A DNA stretch of 45,335 bases from Octopus sinensis (lineage: Eukaryota). The notes under the pieces were generated by a model, which saw only the letters and a list, made by a program, of their open reading frames with translations, had not been told where the DNA came from and ran no database searches. Both the position numbers and the translations under genes were made by a program. Below, in pieces: positions 1-11,092 of this stretch. Every line of letters begins with the position of its first letter. The stretch's first letter is position 1. The stretch covers positions 1 through 45,335 of the forward strand of contig NW_021834847.1 in assembly GCF_006345805.1 (NCBI RefSeq), given 5' to 3'.

Positions 1-24
1 TGTATTCATCATTCATGGATACAT

Positions 25-127
25 ATGCATGCATGCATGCATCCATCCGTCCATCCATCCATCCATCCATCCATCATACTACATACATGCATACATACAC
101 ACACCACATACATACATACATACATAC

Positions 128-161
<34 letters not shown>

Positions 162-180
162 CACACATATATACAAACAT
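25..180. repeat. Compound microsatellite (ATGC)n/(ATCC)n/(TACA)n
   Basis: Directly visible tetranucleotide runs. Confidence 0.95.
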
Positions 181-305
181 AAAGACATCATTCGGTTACT
201 ATAAACGAAACGCAAAAACGTGTCATTAATCGTTGAAAATATCAAATGTAAAGAAACCCTATTTTTTCTTACTTATTTCACCTTTACTTCACTCGCTGTT
301 TCCAG

Positions 306-391
306 AGAACATCATGGCGTGTGCATACAACAAGAGAGAGTGGAAATCAGTTGACACCATTAATGACAGAGTAGTTATGTTGGGGTTGTAG
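306..391 (+). other. Candidate spliced (possibly terminal) exon, unidentified
   Basis: Long pyrimidine tract 259-305 ending TTTCCAG, then a unique frame (E)NIMACAYNKREWKSVDTINDRVVMLGL* with TAG at 389-391. Possible donor AG|GTAATC at 413/414. No homology recognised. Confidence 0.25.
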
Positions 392-761
392 TGGTTGAGT
401 GGCTGGCAGAGAGGTAATCAAGACCTTAGTAAACAATTAAAAAGGTTTCCTCGAAGATTTTTGGCCGGGCCTTTAGATATGTAGCTTTTTACATTGGCAA
501 ACAACCGGAAGATGTACGGAAATTGTTGAAATTTTGCCTCGTTGAAACACAAGCTAGTTCTCCACACGTCGTATGAATGTCGTTTTTCTCTCTGTTTTCA
601 CTCGTCTTTTTTGTTGTTTTGTTTTGTTTTCGTCTCGTTTTGTTTTTCCTCACGTATTTAGAATAAGATATAAAAAAAAAGTTCCATCTTAGGGAATTAT
701 GCAAATCTGGTGTGAACGTGAGCGAGAGAAATGAGATGGAAGAACAGATAATGTTGCTTCG

Positions 762-771
762 TTTATTATTA

Positions 772-827
<56 letters not shown>

Positions 828-828
828 G
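762..828. repeat. (TTA)n microsatellite
   Basis: Visible run. Confidence 0.95.
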
Positions 829-843
829 CAACTACTTATTTAA

Positions 844-1062
844 GGCGGCAAGATTGCAGAATTGTTAGTACGCCGGGCAAAATGGATGGCGGTAATTCGC
901 CCGTCGCTGCGTTCTGAGTTCAAATTCCTCTGAGGTCGACTTTACTTTTCATTCTTACGTGTTCGATAAATAAAGTACCAGCTGAGAACTGGAGTCGGTG
1001 TACTCGACTATCCTACCCACCAAACTTCAGATATGGTACCTATAGTAGAAAGGATTATTATT
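844..1062 (+). mobile_element. tRNA-derived SINE, family A (GGCGGC head, TTA tail)
   Basis: A-box-like TGCAGAATTGTTAG, B-box GAGTTCAAATTCC, body GGTCGACTTT...TAAAGTACCAG, tail TAGAAAGGATTATTATT. Homologous to more than 12 other copies in the window. Confidence 0.85.
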
Positions 1063-1940
1063 GCCTTTGCACAGCTTCTAACGCTGGAGATGTACTAAAG
1101 TGTAAGCTGTTCACTGTAAGAAAAGGTAATTAATCTGTTCCAAGCAGTGCGGTTTTCTGCAAGTGCTCCACCCTTATTGCAGCCCCTATTTGTTCCATTT
1201 ACCTCACAAGATTTTTACTCACTGTTCCCAGGGCTCCGACAATTATTGGTACAACTACCACCTTTTTCATCGACCACAAATGCCTAACCTCCCAAGCTAA
1301 CCTGTCATATCTATCGACTTTTCCTTCTTACTTATCGCATACCTTGTTGTCAGCTGGGTATGCTTTATCTATGATCTAGAATATTTGTTTTCTTTCTCAA
1401 TTAAGACTATGTCTGGCTTCCTATTCTCTATTTCATGGTCGCACTGATCATAAATTCCGCGGGATCTTTGCATTATCAACATTTTCGATGATGCCTTCGG
1501 GTTTGTGGTCGTACCACATTTTTACTCTGTCAGATCCATACATGTTGCAAAAGTGTCCAATGGACAAGCTTTGGCAACATTATCAGTCTCAGTCTAGGCT
1601 TGTACTCCACCTTAATTTTTGTGTTATGTCTTTCTCCATCAATGTATGCATTTCCAATAACCTTAAGTTCTTGTAGTCCGTCTCTTCTCTCTCTCTTCTG
1701 CTTCATAATCTCCTCGACGGTATCGTTACCCCGTCCATGCATTTGATTTTGCTTCTCATAAAGATGTATTTATTGTTCCTTGTCCATATCCACATATTCT
1801 GCAGTTATTGTTATGTTTTCATTTCATTATATGTTTTTGGTAATTTCTGCTAGGGAAATCCTTCAGTCTCTCCTTTGAGTCCTGAGCTTCTCAACCATTG
1901 CTGGGATTTTTCTCTGTCTATTTCTTTTGCATTAATTTAG
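1063..1940 (-). mobile_element. Decayed RLE-type (R4/Dong-like) non-LTR retrotransposon 3' fragment
   Basis: Minus-strand translation across stops and frameshifts: SQQWLRSSGLKGETEGF; CRICG..TIN (CCHC start); DYKNLRLLE (RT YKYLG-like motif); DNVAKLVHWTL; WYDHKPEG; DHEIENRKPDIVLI..IID..P.D..K..Y..L..E...W..VVVPIIVGALG..LQKTALLGT (restriction-like endonuclease). Confidence 0.9.
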
Positions 1941-2115
1941 CCTGATGTTGGTATGTTTACGTCTACTTCACTTCGCGGTTCGGGAAAAGTGTCCGATAGA
2001 ATAAGTACTAGCCTTACAAAGAATACGACTTAGGGTTGATTGGTTCAACTGAAGGCGGTGCTCCAGCGTGGCTGCAGTCAAATATCTGAAACACGTAAAA
2101 GAATAAAAGAATAAA
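1941..2115 (+). mobile_element. SINE family C, 3' half
   Basis: CCGATAGAATAAGTACTAG...AAGGCGGTGCTCCAGCGTGGCTGCAGTCAAA...GTAAAAGAATAAAAGAATAAA. Inverted homolog at 2162-2480; degenerate homolog at ~14940-15180. Confidence 0.75.
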
Positions 2116-2161
2116 TGTGTGTGTGTGTGTACGTTATGTATGCATGCGTATCATCTTCTAA

Positions 2162-2480
2162 CTTTTACTTCTTCACGTCATTAGCCTGCGGTCATGCTGG
2201 GGCACTGCTTGCTAAGTTTTTTTTATGGAATAAATTGTCATCAGGTTCGTCAATCTCTTTTGCCGAAATGCTATGTTACAGGAAATAAAATGCTCCATCA
2301 CTAGTTGTCAAATGGTGGAGGGGAATAAAATATAGAGAGAGACAGAAATACAAAGACAGACAGAAACACACACACACGCACACACGCATACACACACACA
2401 CACATACACGCGCGTATGCATATACGATGGACAGCTTTCCACTTCCGTCAACCAAACACACTCAAAAAGTTTTGGTCTTT
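2162..2480 (-). mobile_element. SINE family C, degenerate, with internal (CA)n
   Basis: Reverse-complement match to the 1941-2115 tail (TTTTACTT..GCGGTCATGCTGGGGCACTGCTT), then a CA tract and TTCCGTCAACCAAACACACTC. Confidence 0.65.
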
Positions 2481-2494
2481 TTGTCGCCGATGCA

Positions 2495-2710
2495 TAACAG
2501 TCTCTCCTCTACACGCCACTGATGTTATCCAAGTAAAAAGCAGAGGCCGAAACAGCTTGGCACTAGTTACGTTGCCACTCAATTCTAGAGCTGAAGGAAC
2601 TAGATCGACGTGAAATAAAGTACCTTACTCAACGGGTACAACACAGATCGGCCCGGTAATCGAACTCATTATCTCATTATTGTGAGCCCGACACTCTAAT
2701 TACTTAGCCT
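2495..2710 (-). mobile_element. tRNA-derived SINE, family D (CORE-like body)
   Basis: Minus-strand tRNA head with B-box GAGTTCGATTACC. Body resembles 15400-15470 and 31380-31495. Confidence 0.65.
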
Positions 2711-3454
2711 TTTATAGATTCATATCAAAACATGTGTGTATGTGTTTGTGGGTGGATGTAAGTATGTGTGAGTGCGTGTTTGCGCCTCCACTGAAGCAGC
2801 GTGGAATACACTGTGTGCCCTACATCTCTGACAACCAAACATAGTTCGTTAAATACTGAACAGGGCATTGCCATTGGCTTCAATGTGTGCGTGTGCATAC
2901 ATTTTACTATATATATATATATGTGGGTATATGCATGTGTCAGCTGTTTGTGCGCATGCGCATGTGCGTGCGAGTGTGCGTGGTGAGTAAAGTGATATGG
3001 AACATTGTAACGATAATTTTAAATTGTAACTTTCTGTCGTAAGGTGTGGAGATGCTGGAGAAGTATGTAACGGATGTGTTCTTTTTCCTTTTTTCATTTT
3101 CTTTTTTGTTTTTTTTTATTGTAACTGATGACATTAGCATGTGTGTCCGTTCAGAGTTGTGTACTTTATGCTCTCGCTCGACTAAGTGGAACACGGTTAA
3201 TACCAAAAGCTGAGTGAAGCCTAATGGGTTCAGAACATGTTAAGGATCATCAGTTCCCTCCTGTTGACATGTCGTCACATAGACAACCATAGACCCAACC
3301 GCAAATGTACATATATTCGCAAAAAGACCCGAAAACAGACAGAATCACACACACAAACATACACATACAGAAACATACGTTACATACATCGTGATAAATA
3401 TCTGCTAACACATTTTACTCCCTATTGCCCTCTTTGTTTTGCTTTCTATTAAAC

Positions 3455-3530
3455 CATCTATCTATCTATCTATCTTCTATCTATCTCTATCTATCTATCT
3501 ATCTATCTATCTATATCGATCTATTATCTG

Positions 3531-3568
<38 letters not shown>

Positions 3569-3670
3569 CTCTATCTATCTATCTATCTCTTCTCTACTCT
3601 ATCTCCCTCTACTCTATCTATCTATCTATCTATCTATCTCTCTCTATCTATCTCTCTCTCTCTCTCTCTA

Positions 3671-3710
<40 letters not shown>
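3455..3710. repeat. (TATC)n/(TC)n/(TA)n compound microsatellite
   Basis: Visible runs. Confidence 0.95.
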
Positions 3711-3714
<4 letters not shown>

Positions 3715-3833
3715 TGCTAATATATACACGCACACAACGCACATGTATGTGTTTCCTGTGGTGTGAGAGTTTATTTGTAGTACAGAATAATTATAGGTAG
3801 CATTCTACATACACATATATACATAAAAACACA

Positions 3834-3871
<38 letters not shown>

Positions 3872-4450
3872 TGTGTGTGTGTATATGTATATATATGCAT
3901 ATATATACATGGTTATATATACATGCTTATACATATATCTATATATGTGTATGTGTGTATATACATAGCTTCACAAATTCGATGATATACAGTGGTAGAA
4001 TGATATATACATAGGCACAACACCAGGAAAGTCCTCAGGGTAAAACATGCTTGTAATGTATGCGTAGACATGAAATCTGAAGTGGCTGCACCAGGCAGAA
4101 CCAGATAAAGCTTTCAAATGATCGAAAACTTTCCGACACAGGAAGGCATACATACGCACCCATATTTACACATACGCATGCATGAATATATAAAAAAAAC
4201 ACATGATTACACTTATATACACCTCTGTGTCTCCACCTCTCTGTCACATTTCTCCGTTAATTTTTTTTTTTGTATTGTTATATATAAGCATTTCTGTGTA
4301 TCCATTGAGGAGACATACATACATACATATAAACGTATATATATATACAAAAGACGACGACAGGTTATAAATATATATATAAGTATATATTGGACGACAG
4401 ACAGACACACAAGTAGATAGATCGATAGGTAAATAGATAAGTAAGTATAG

Positions 4451-4485
<35 letters not shown>

Positions 4486-5080
4486 TGTATGTATGTATAT
4501 ATAATTACCTGGGTTATTGTTCGTATATTTGTATTAACATTAAACTGTGGTATTTTACAACGAGGCTCTAACAAGGAATGTATTCTTTGGGATTCTAATT
4601 AACACAGACAAATACTTACATCCCACCCCACTTGGTTTTAAGCGAAAGGAAATAAATTTATATTAACATCCAATCAAAATTAGTTCGCTCCTCGAAGACA
4701 GAAAAAATTTTTGCTATGCCCTGTAAATTATCTTTTTCCAACAGCACAAAAACATCAACTCTTTAACGTACACAACAGTTTTGTTAGATAATCTTGTAGG
4801 AAATATGCTTTTTTCCAATATTCAACTTGCAGTTACAGAAATGAATCCACGAATCTAACAGGAAGCCGTATAATCAGAAAAAATACATCGCCTGAACGTA
4901 TCCAGAATATCTGAAAGGTATTTGTAGCTAACGAATTTTACATACGTTAGAGTTATCATCGACATTTTAGAATGAGAAACAGGGTACATTTTGGGGAGAT
5001 ACCCACATAATGTGTATAGGTCTTCAGTGGAAAAATTTTAATATGACTAAGGTCAGTTAACCGTTGATTTACTAATGTCC

Positions 5081-5516
5081 ATTTCTAATTTGGCACAGCA
5101 CCAGCAAATTAAGGTTAAGTCAATTACATCTACCCAAGTGTTCAGCTTGTGCTTATTGTATTGACCCACAAAGGATGAAGGGTAAAGTTAATTTCTGTGG
5201 TATTTGAACTCAGAACGTAAAGACGGACAAAATGCCGTTATGCATTGTGACCAGCATGCTAACGATACTGCCAGGTCGCCGTCCTATGTAGATTCAGTAA
5301 TATTGGTTTCAGATTTTGGCACAAGGCCAGCTATTTCAGGAAGGGGACTAGTTGAGTGCATTGACTACAGTACTCAACTTGTACTTATTTTATTGACCCC
5401 GAAAGGATGAAATGTAAATTGACCTCGGCGGAACTTGAACTCAGAATGCGAATGTGGACGAAATGCCACTAAGCATATTGAACGGATTGCTAACGAGTAT
5501 GCCAGCTTGGTGCCTT
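5081..5516 (-). mobile_element. Two head-to-tail family A SINEs (5081-5283, 5301-5516)
   Basis: Each copy reads TTTGGCACA..CCAG, GTACTT..TTTATTGACCC.AAAGGATGAA, TTGAACTCAGAA (B-box complement), GCTAACGA..CTGCCAG. Confidence 0.8.
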
Positions 5517-5578
5517 CATAGATTAAGTAAAATCAACATTTCTAGACATTGGAAGAGCTTTTAATACTCACCACTGCA

Positions 5579-5747
5579 TACGTTCTGAGTTCAAATTCCG
5601 CCGATGTTGGCTTAGGCTTTCATCCTTTCTGGGTCGGTTAAATAAGTACCAGTTACGCACTAGAGTCGATCTAATCGATTTAATCCCTTTGTCAGTCCTT
5701 ATTTGTTCCCTGTATGTTTATCCCCCTTGTGGGCAATAAAGCAATAT
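5579..5747 (+). mobile_element. 5'-truncated family A SINE (TGTGGGCAATAAAG tail type) with 15-bp TSD
   Basis: Starts just before B-box GAGTTCAAATTCC. Flanked by ATACTCACCACTGCA (5564-5578) and ATATTCACCACTGCA (5748-5762). Confidence 0.85.
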
Positions 5748-6366
5748 ATATTCACCACTGCAATGTTTAAGTTTTTTTCTTTTTTAATTACTATTATTGA
5801 TATCTCTAGAAATAATTGAATGGTAGATATGACAGATTTTTGTTATACTTATTTATGAGGTACCGAAACCATTCAGTAACAACCAGCACGACTTTTAGGT
5901 TCTAAATTGATCTCAATTCTTTAATGGCTGTGAACAAAATGGTTTACATACGATGACCCTACAGTGAAATATCGAATGAATGTTAAACGAAACTGTTATA
6001 AGGAAATAAAAAATTTTAGGATGCGGATATAATTACATTGCTAAATTGTGAAATATTTCAGTGTCGTGGAAAACATTCAGTTCTCCTAAGAAAAGGGTAC
6101 TAGACATTTTTATAGCTATTCCGATGTTCTCCAATATCTAAACATAAGCTACAATACATAAATTGGTACATAACCAATCCTTTTACCGAATAGTTCCAAA
6201 AATTGCTGTAAAGAAAGTGCAAGATATCAATCTCAGTAGAGCAGCGAGTCTTATAAACGAGATGACCTTCTACTAGAGAGATCATTTGGCAAAGACCATG
6301 GGTCCTTTATTGATAGTGGTTTGACTTCACTCTCGGACGCTAATCTCAGTATTTCTACGTCCCTCT

Positions 6367-6746
6367 ATACATACATACATACATACATACATACATACAT
6401 ACATACATACATCATACATACATACTTATATACATACATACATGCATGCATGCATGCATACATACATGCATACATACATACATACATGCATACATACATA
6501 CATACATACATACATACATACATACATACATACTTATATACATACATACATGCATGCATGCATGCATACATACATACATACATACATACATACATGCATA
6601 CATACATACATACATACATACATACTTATATACATACATACATGCATGCATGCATGCATGCATACATACATGCATACATACATACATACATGCATACATA
6701 CATACATACATACATACATACATACACATAAATACATATATACATG
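6367..6746. repeat. (TACA)n/(TGCA)n microsatellite with ~100-bp higher-order repeat
   Basis: Variant CTTATA followed by (TGCA)n recurs at ~6425, ~6533 and ~6625. Confidence 0.9.
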
Positions 6747-7177
6747 CAAAAATACCCTGTTGATGTTGTTGAAATTCCGACGAAGGGGCCTGGGGTGTAG
6801 GTTAGAAACCAACCGTTCTCTATTGGCAAGAAATCTTGAAATAAAAGTGAATTATGACACACACACACACACACACATATGTATATATATATATATAAAT
6901 ATATATATATATAATATATATATATATACTGACACCACACGCGCACACATATAGATATACGTGCATATGTTCATATTTATATATTTACACATACTGACAC
7001 AAAAATTCATGAAAGATTTGTTTCTAAGTTTAAATAACAGAATAATGTGGAAAGTTAAACTAGAGGAATCCATGAATAATAAATAGAAATATTTTCAGAA
7101 GTATGTGAAAATGTTAGGTAAGGTAAAAAATATTAAAGAAAGATTTTTAATTCATATTAAAGATTGGACTTGAAATA

Positions 7178-7216
7178 GGCAGATGTTTCACAACTTATAA
7201 AACACGATTTCTTCAG
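7178..7216 (-). ncRNA. Degenerate hammerhead-like motif (Penelope pLTR remnant)
   Basis: Minus strand CTGAAGA-aatcgtgttttataagttgt-GAAAC-ATCT-GCC. Helix II pairs poorly and the cleavage triplet is not NUH. Confidence 0.3.
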
Positions 7217-7238
7217 AATCTTCATTGTATGTGACCGT

Positions 7239-7249
7239 ATGTATGTATG

Positions 7250-7280
<31 letters not shown>

Positions 7281-7339
7281 GAGAGAGGGAAGAGGAGAGA
7301 GAGAGAGAGGGAGAGAGAGAGATGTGCATTTATATATAT

Positions 7340-7384
<45 letters not shown>

Positions 7385-7390
7385 TATCTA

Positions 7391-7468
<78 letters not shown>

Positions 7469-7488
7469 GTTATATATATATATATATT

Positions 7489-7543
<55 letters not shown>

Positions 7544-7550
7544 TATACAC

Positions 7551-7597
<47 letters not shown>

Positions 7598-7675
7598 GTG
7601 TGTGTATTGTGTGTGTGTGCGTGTTTGTGTCTCTGTGTGTGTGTGTTGAGTGTTGTGTGTGTTTGTTGTGTGTGT
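7239..7675. repeat. (TA)n/(GA)n/(TG)n compound microsatellite
   Basis: Visible runs. Confidence 0.95.
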
Positions 7676-8019
7676 AAGAAAAGAGATAACAAATGAGAAG
7701 CTGATTATTTTATGAACTTCATTATCTTACACACGTTTCCGCTATGACATTCAGTGAACTCGTAGTTGAGTGGCTGAGTACCAGCTTACAGTTGTATCAA
7801 AACCTCAAATATGAAGTTGATAAAGTAATCCCTTATTCCTTTGTCATCTCTTTTCTTCTTACCGCTGTGTACCCGAATATTGCTTCGTCCAGAAGCATAC
7901 GTATACTGAGTTCAAAAACAGAGCATTGGTATTGAAATATCTTTACAATATATTAAAATATATTGTACATAAACTCATACACACACCTACGCACACTCAT
8001 ATATGATACACGTATAAAG

Positions 8020-8102
<83 letters not shown>

Positions 8103-8159
8103 GTGTGTGTGTGGTGTGTGTTGTGTGTGTGTGTGTGTGTGTGTGTTCGTGTGTTTTGG

Positions 8160-8739
8160 TGTAATTATGATTCAGTTGCATTAGGTACTTAAATTGAGGC
8201 ACCAAACATTTTAGGTATAGTTCAAACACCTCCAAGTTAGGTGAACAGAATGTAAATAAGTAACTAGGATATCTATGTATCAATACATTACGGCCGTTTC
8301 GAGCGGTTCCATTTAATCAATCAATGAAAACATCACATCAATTTAAAACCGCTCTCCTCAGATGAAGCTACTATATAGATTTCCAGTATAAAAGATAAAC
8401 AATTTTAAACAAATCTATATCAATACTAGAAGCTGAAATAATTAGATCGTTTCTTTATGGTATATCAGTAGCAAAATGAGTTTAGAAAATGATGCATATC
8501 TTATTAAGGCTAGTATAATTTAGAGAGTAGCAGAGGAAATTAGTGGGAGTTGAAGATATAGTAGTGGTGAGATAGTTATTTATATTTCGAAGATTTTATG
8601 TAGTATGTATAGAATTAAATCAATTGGGAGTTGTCAACTGTGTTCTAGTTGATGGTGATAAATCAATTAATGTCAGACAATCTCCCAGACGTTTGATTTT
8701 TGAATTGATACCTGAACAACCTTGTTACTTATTTACGTT
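8160..8739 (-). mobile_element. Penelope-like element pseudo-LTR remnant with inverted partial repeat
   Basis: Contains the hammerhead at 8286-8364. Segment 8249-8288 recurs inverted at ~8700-8739 (core AATGTAAATAAGTAACTAGG vs AACGTAAATAAGTAACAAGG). Boundaries approximate. Confidence 0.5.
8286..8364 (-). ncRNA. Type I hammerhead ribozyme motif, intact core
   Basis: Minus strand: cat-CTGAGGA-GAGCGGTT-(38 nt)-AACCGCTC-GAAA-C-GGCC-GTA-atg. Canonical CUGANGA/GAAA/NUH, 8-bp helix II, palindromic ACGGCCGT helix III, 3-bp helix I. Confidence 0.75.
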
Positions 8740-8789
8740 ATATGTATGTATATATGTATATATATGTATATATATATACTACTGGGTCT

Positions 8790-8856
8790 GGGGAGACTGT
8801 ACCCAGAACCATTTAGTTGGCAAGCAAGCTACATACCACAGAGCCATTCTTGCGCT
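8790..8856 (-). mobile_element. SINE family C head fragment
   Basis: ACCCAGAACCAT..TTGGCAAGCAAGCTACATACCACAGAGCCATTCTTGCGC is the reverse complement of a tRNA-like head; similar to the copy at 13384. Confidence 0.55.
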
Positions 8857-8879
8857 GATATATATATTTATATATATAT

Positions 8880-9058
8880 ATAAAATAAAATATAAAATGG
8901 GACAAGCACGCAAAACATCCCGACAACTAGGTGATACAAAAAGGGACAACAAAACATCAAGATAGACGATACAAGAAAAAACACGGACGGGTCATTTAAA
9001 GCTTTTTATCCTCAGTCAAGAACCGGATCATCCTCGCAATTTCGGCTCATTAATCTCA
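8880..9058 (-). mobile_element. Probable Penelope-like 3'/pLTR fragment
   Basis: Short unique insert between (TA)n tracts. Minus strand has GCCGAAATTGC..CTGAGGA.. followed by a pyrimidine-rich tail, like the other pLTR remnants. Confidence 0.35.
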
Positions 9059-9429
9059 TATATATATATATAAATATATGTGTGTGTGTGTGTGTATACA
9101 TAAAGATATATAAATAGATAGATAGATAGATGGAAGTATATATGATGAATATATAAGAATAAAGCTATCCAGGCGAGTACTGTACGATCTCTGAGGTATA
9201 GTGTAGTTCATGGCTAGGATCCCTTAGGGTGAGCAATCCCATTGTAACTGATCTGATGGGTAAATCCCGGCTTATTCCGCTTGATTGGGGATATTTTCAA
9301 GAGTGTAATTCCAAAACAACTACAAAGAATAAGTGACTGCTATGTATTCAAATTTTTATCGTAATATTCCAGTAACCGTATTCTTTGTAATTGATCCGAA
9401 TTTACACACCCTGTGTGTGTATATATATA

Positions 9430-9495
<66 letters not shown>

Positions 9496-10053
9496 TATAT
9501 ACATACATACTACATATATACATACATATATATGTATGTGTGTACGTATGTGTGGTGTGTGTGTGTGTGTGTGTGTGCATCATATACAAAGTTGTTCGTA
9601 AATCAAGCAGGATTAATTCATTCCCATGTTAAGGTTGAGCTTTAGTTACATTTCAAATAAGATTTTGGGATTCTCTTGAAAGCAAAATAATTAATTCCAT
9701 TACATAATTATCAATTAATTTAATAATTAGCTTATTAGAAGAGGTTATAAAAATAAGTTGTTAAAATGGAGAAATATTTGTAAGCATGTTGCAAAATATA
9801 CTTTTAAGAATTTCAAATTCTGTTACACTTTTCAGATCACATTTCAAGAAATTTGAGAATGTTGAATATCTTTCACGAAATTTTGAGGGCCAATTTGATA
9901 CACTTCACTAAGGATAACCACGTAGTACACACTTAGGGAGCCTCGTTGATACACTACTAAAGATATTTGGGTTATACACTCTGTTTTGTGAAAAGGATGG
10001 CTTTGAACTGACCAAGGCCATTCATCCCATGTGATGAGAATGTATTTCATGTA

Positions 10054-10574
10054 CTGCAAATTCTCGAGTATAGTCCGCCCTTGAGCATGAAAACGCTGGG
10101 AATTTTTAGGGGGCTGTACCTCTGAAAAACCTAAACCTTGTGTATAATACGCACCCATTCTCTAACTTGAGTCAAGGCGGTCTATATAATGTCCTTGGTT
10201 TCTAAAATTGTATACCGTAACGTCCTTTATTATTATTGTATATATATTATAAAGCAAACGTGTAGCTCTTTGTGCGTTTTGTTTGCAGAAAATAAAGAAA
10301 TATCAGTAATAACAGTAATAACGTTTAATAAATGTTGCTTACTGCAAGTTATGGATGATTCTTTTATGACTTCATTGCTTTCAGGCTTAGCTTGAGGTAT
10401 TTTCGCGCCCTACATCACAAAATGTGTCTGAATAAACATTGCCGGACAGCAAATAGAGATTCGAACATTGCTTAGAAAATAATTTTCATTTTTAACCTCG
10501 TATATAGTACGCAATAGGGATTTTGACCTTTAAATTTTGGGGAAAAAATGCGGATTATACTCGAGGATTTACGG
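10054..10574. mobile_element. Non-autonomous Tc1/mariner-superfamily (pogo/Tigger-like) DNA transposon
   Basis: TIRs CTGCAAATTCTCGAGTATAGTCCGC (10054-10078) and reverse complement CCGTAAATCCTCGAGTATAATCCGC (10550-10574), 21/25 identical. TA on both sides; no transposase ORF. Confidence 0.8.
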
Positions 10575-10825
10575 TAATTGAAACAAAAAAATCAACACGT
10601 CTTATGTATAAATCTTCGTTATTCCATTTTCTAATTCACGTTATTGCTACTAAAATAACAACAATATAATATTCATTGAATAATTGTAAGTAACGATAAA
10701 TAAAACGATCAAGACCTCCAAGAGAACCTTTTCACTGTTTTTCAACTTGGAAGGTATCACAACTAAGTACTTTCCAAATAATATTCTGCTGTCTAATACA
10801 AAGAACCACCGGGTGAATAGTAATA

Positions 10826-11092
10826 TGTTGTTTTGTTTCGCCCTTTTCAAGCCTAGCCAGACTTATGGGAACGGTTTCCCGGTTTCTATGGCGTATGTGT
10901 TCTCCCCAGCTGGACGGACGCCAGTCCATCGCAGCGTTACTCAAGAAACAGGAACAAAGAGTGAGAGAAGGTAGGGGCGAAAGAGTACAACAGGGGTCGC
11001 CAACACCCCCTGCCGGAGCCTCGTGGAGCTTTAGGTGTTTTCGCTCAATAAACACACAACGCCTGGTCTGGGAATCGAAACCGCAATCCTCC
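10826..11092 (-). mobile_element. 5'-truncated tRNA SINE (family B head, GATGGACTGGCGT tail) with 11-bp TSD
   Basis: Head and body match 14270-14415; tail matches 15480-15580 and 44760-44860. TSD GAATAGTAATA at 10815-10825 and 11093-11103. Confidence 0.85.

Noticed and set aside
3970-4150. Unique insert with CTGAGGA on minus
   Set aside because: No helix II/GAAA partner; cannot be classified.
4500-6360. Unique stretches 4500-5075 and 5760-6360, possibly one old element split by SINEs (CTGAAGA on minus at ~5021)
   Set aside because: No TIR, ORF motif or complete hammerhead recognisable by eye.
6321-6954. YIHT/CVYM-type ORFs here and throughout the window
   Set aside because: Products of (TACA)n, (TA)n and (TG)n microsatellites.
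9844-10158. 104-aa minus-strand ORF
   Set aside because: Starts inside the pogo-like element and crosses its TIR; no recognisable homology.
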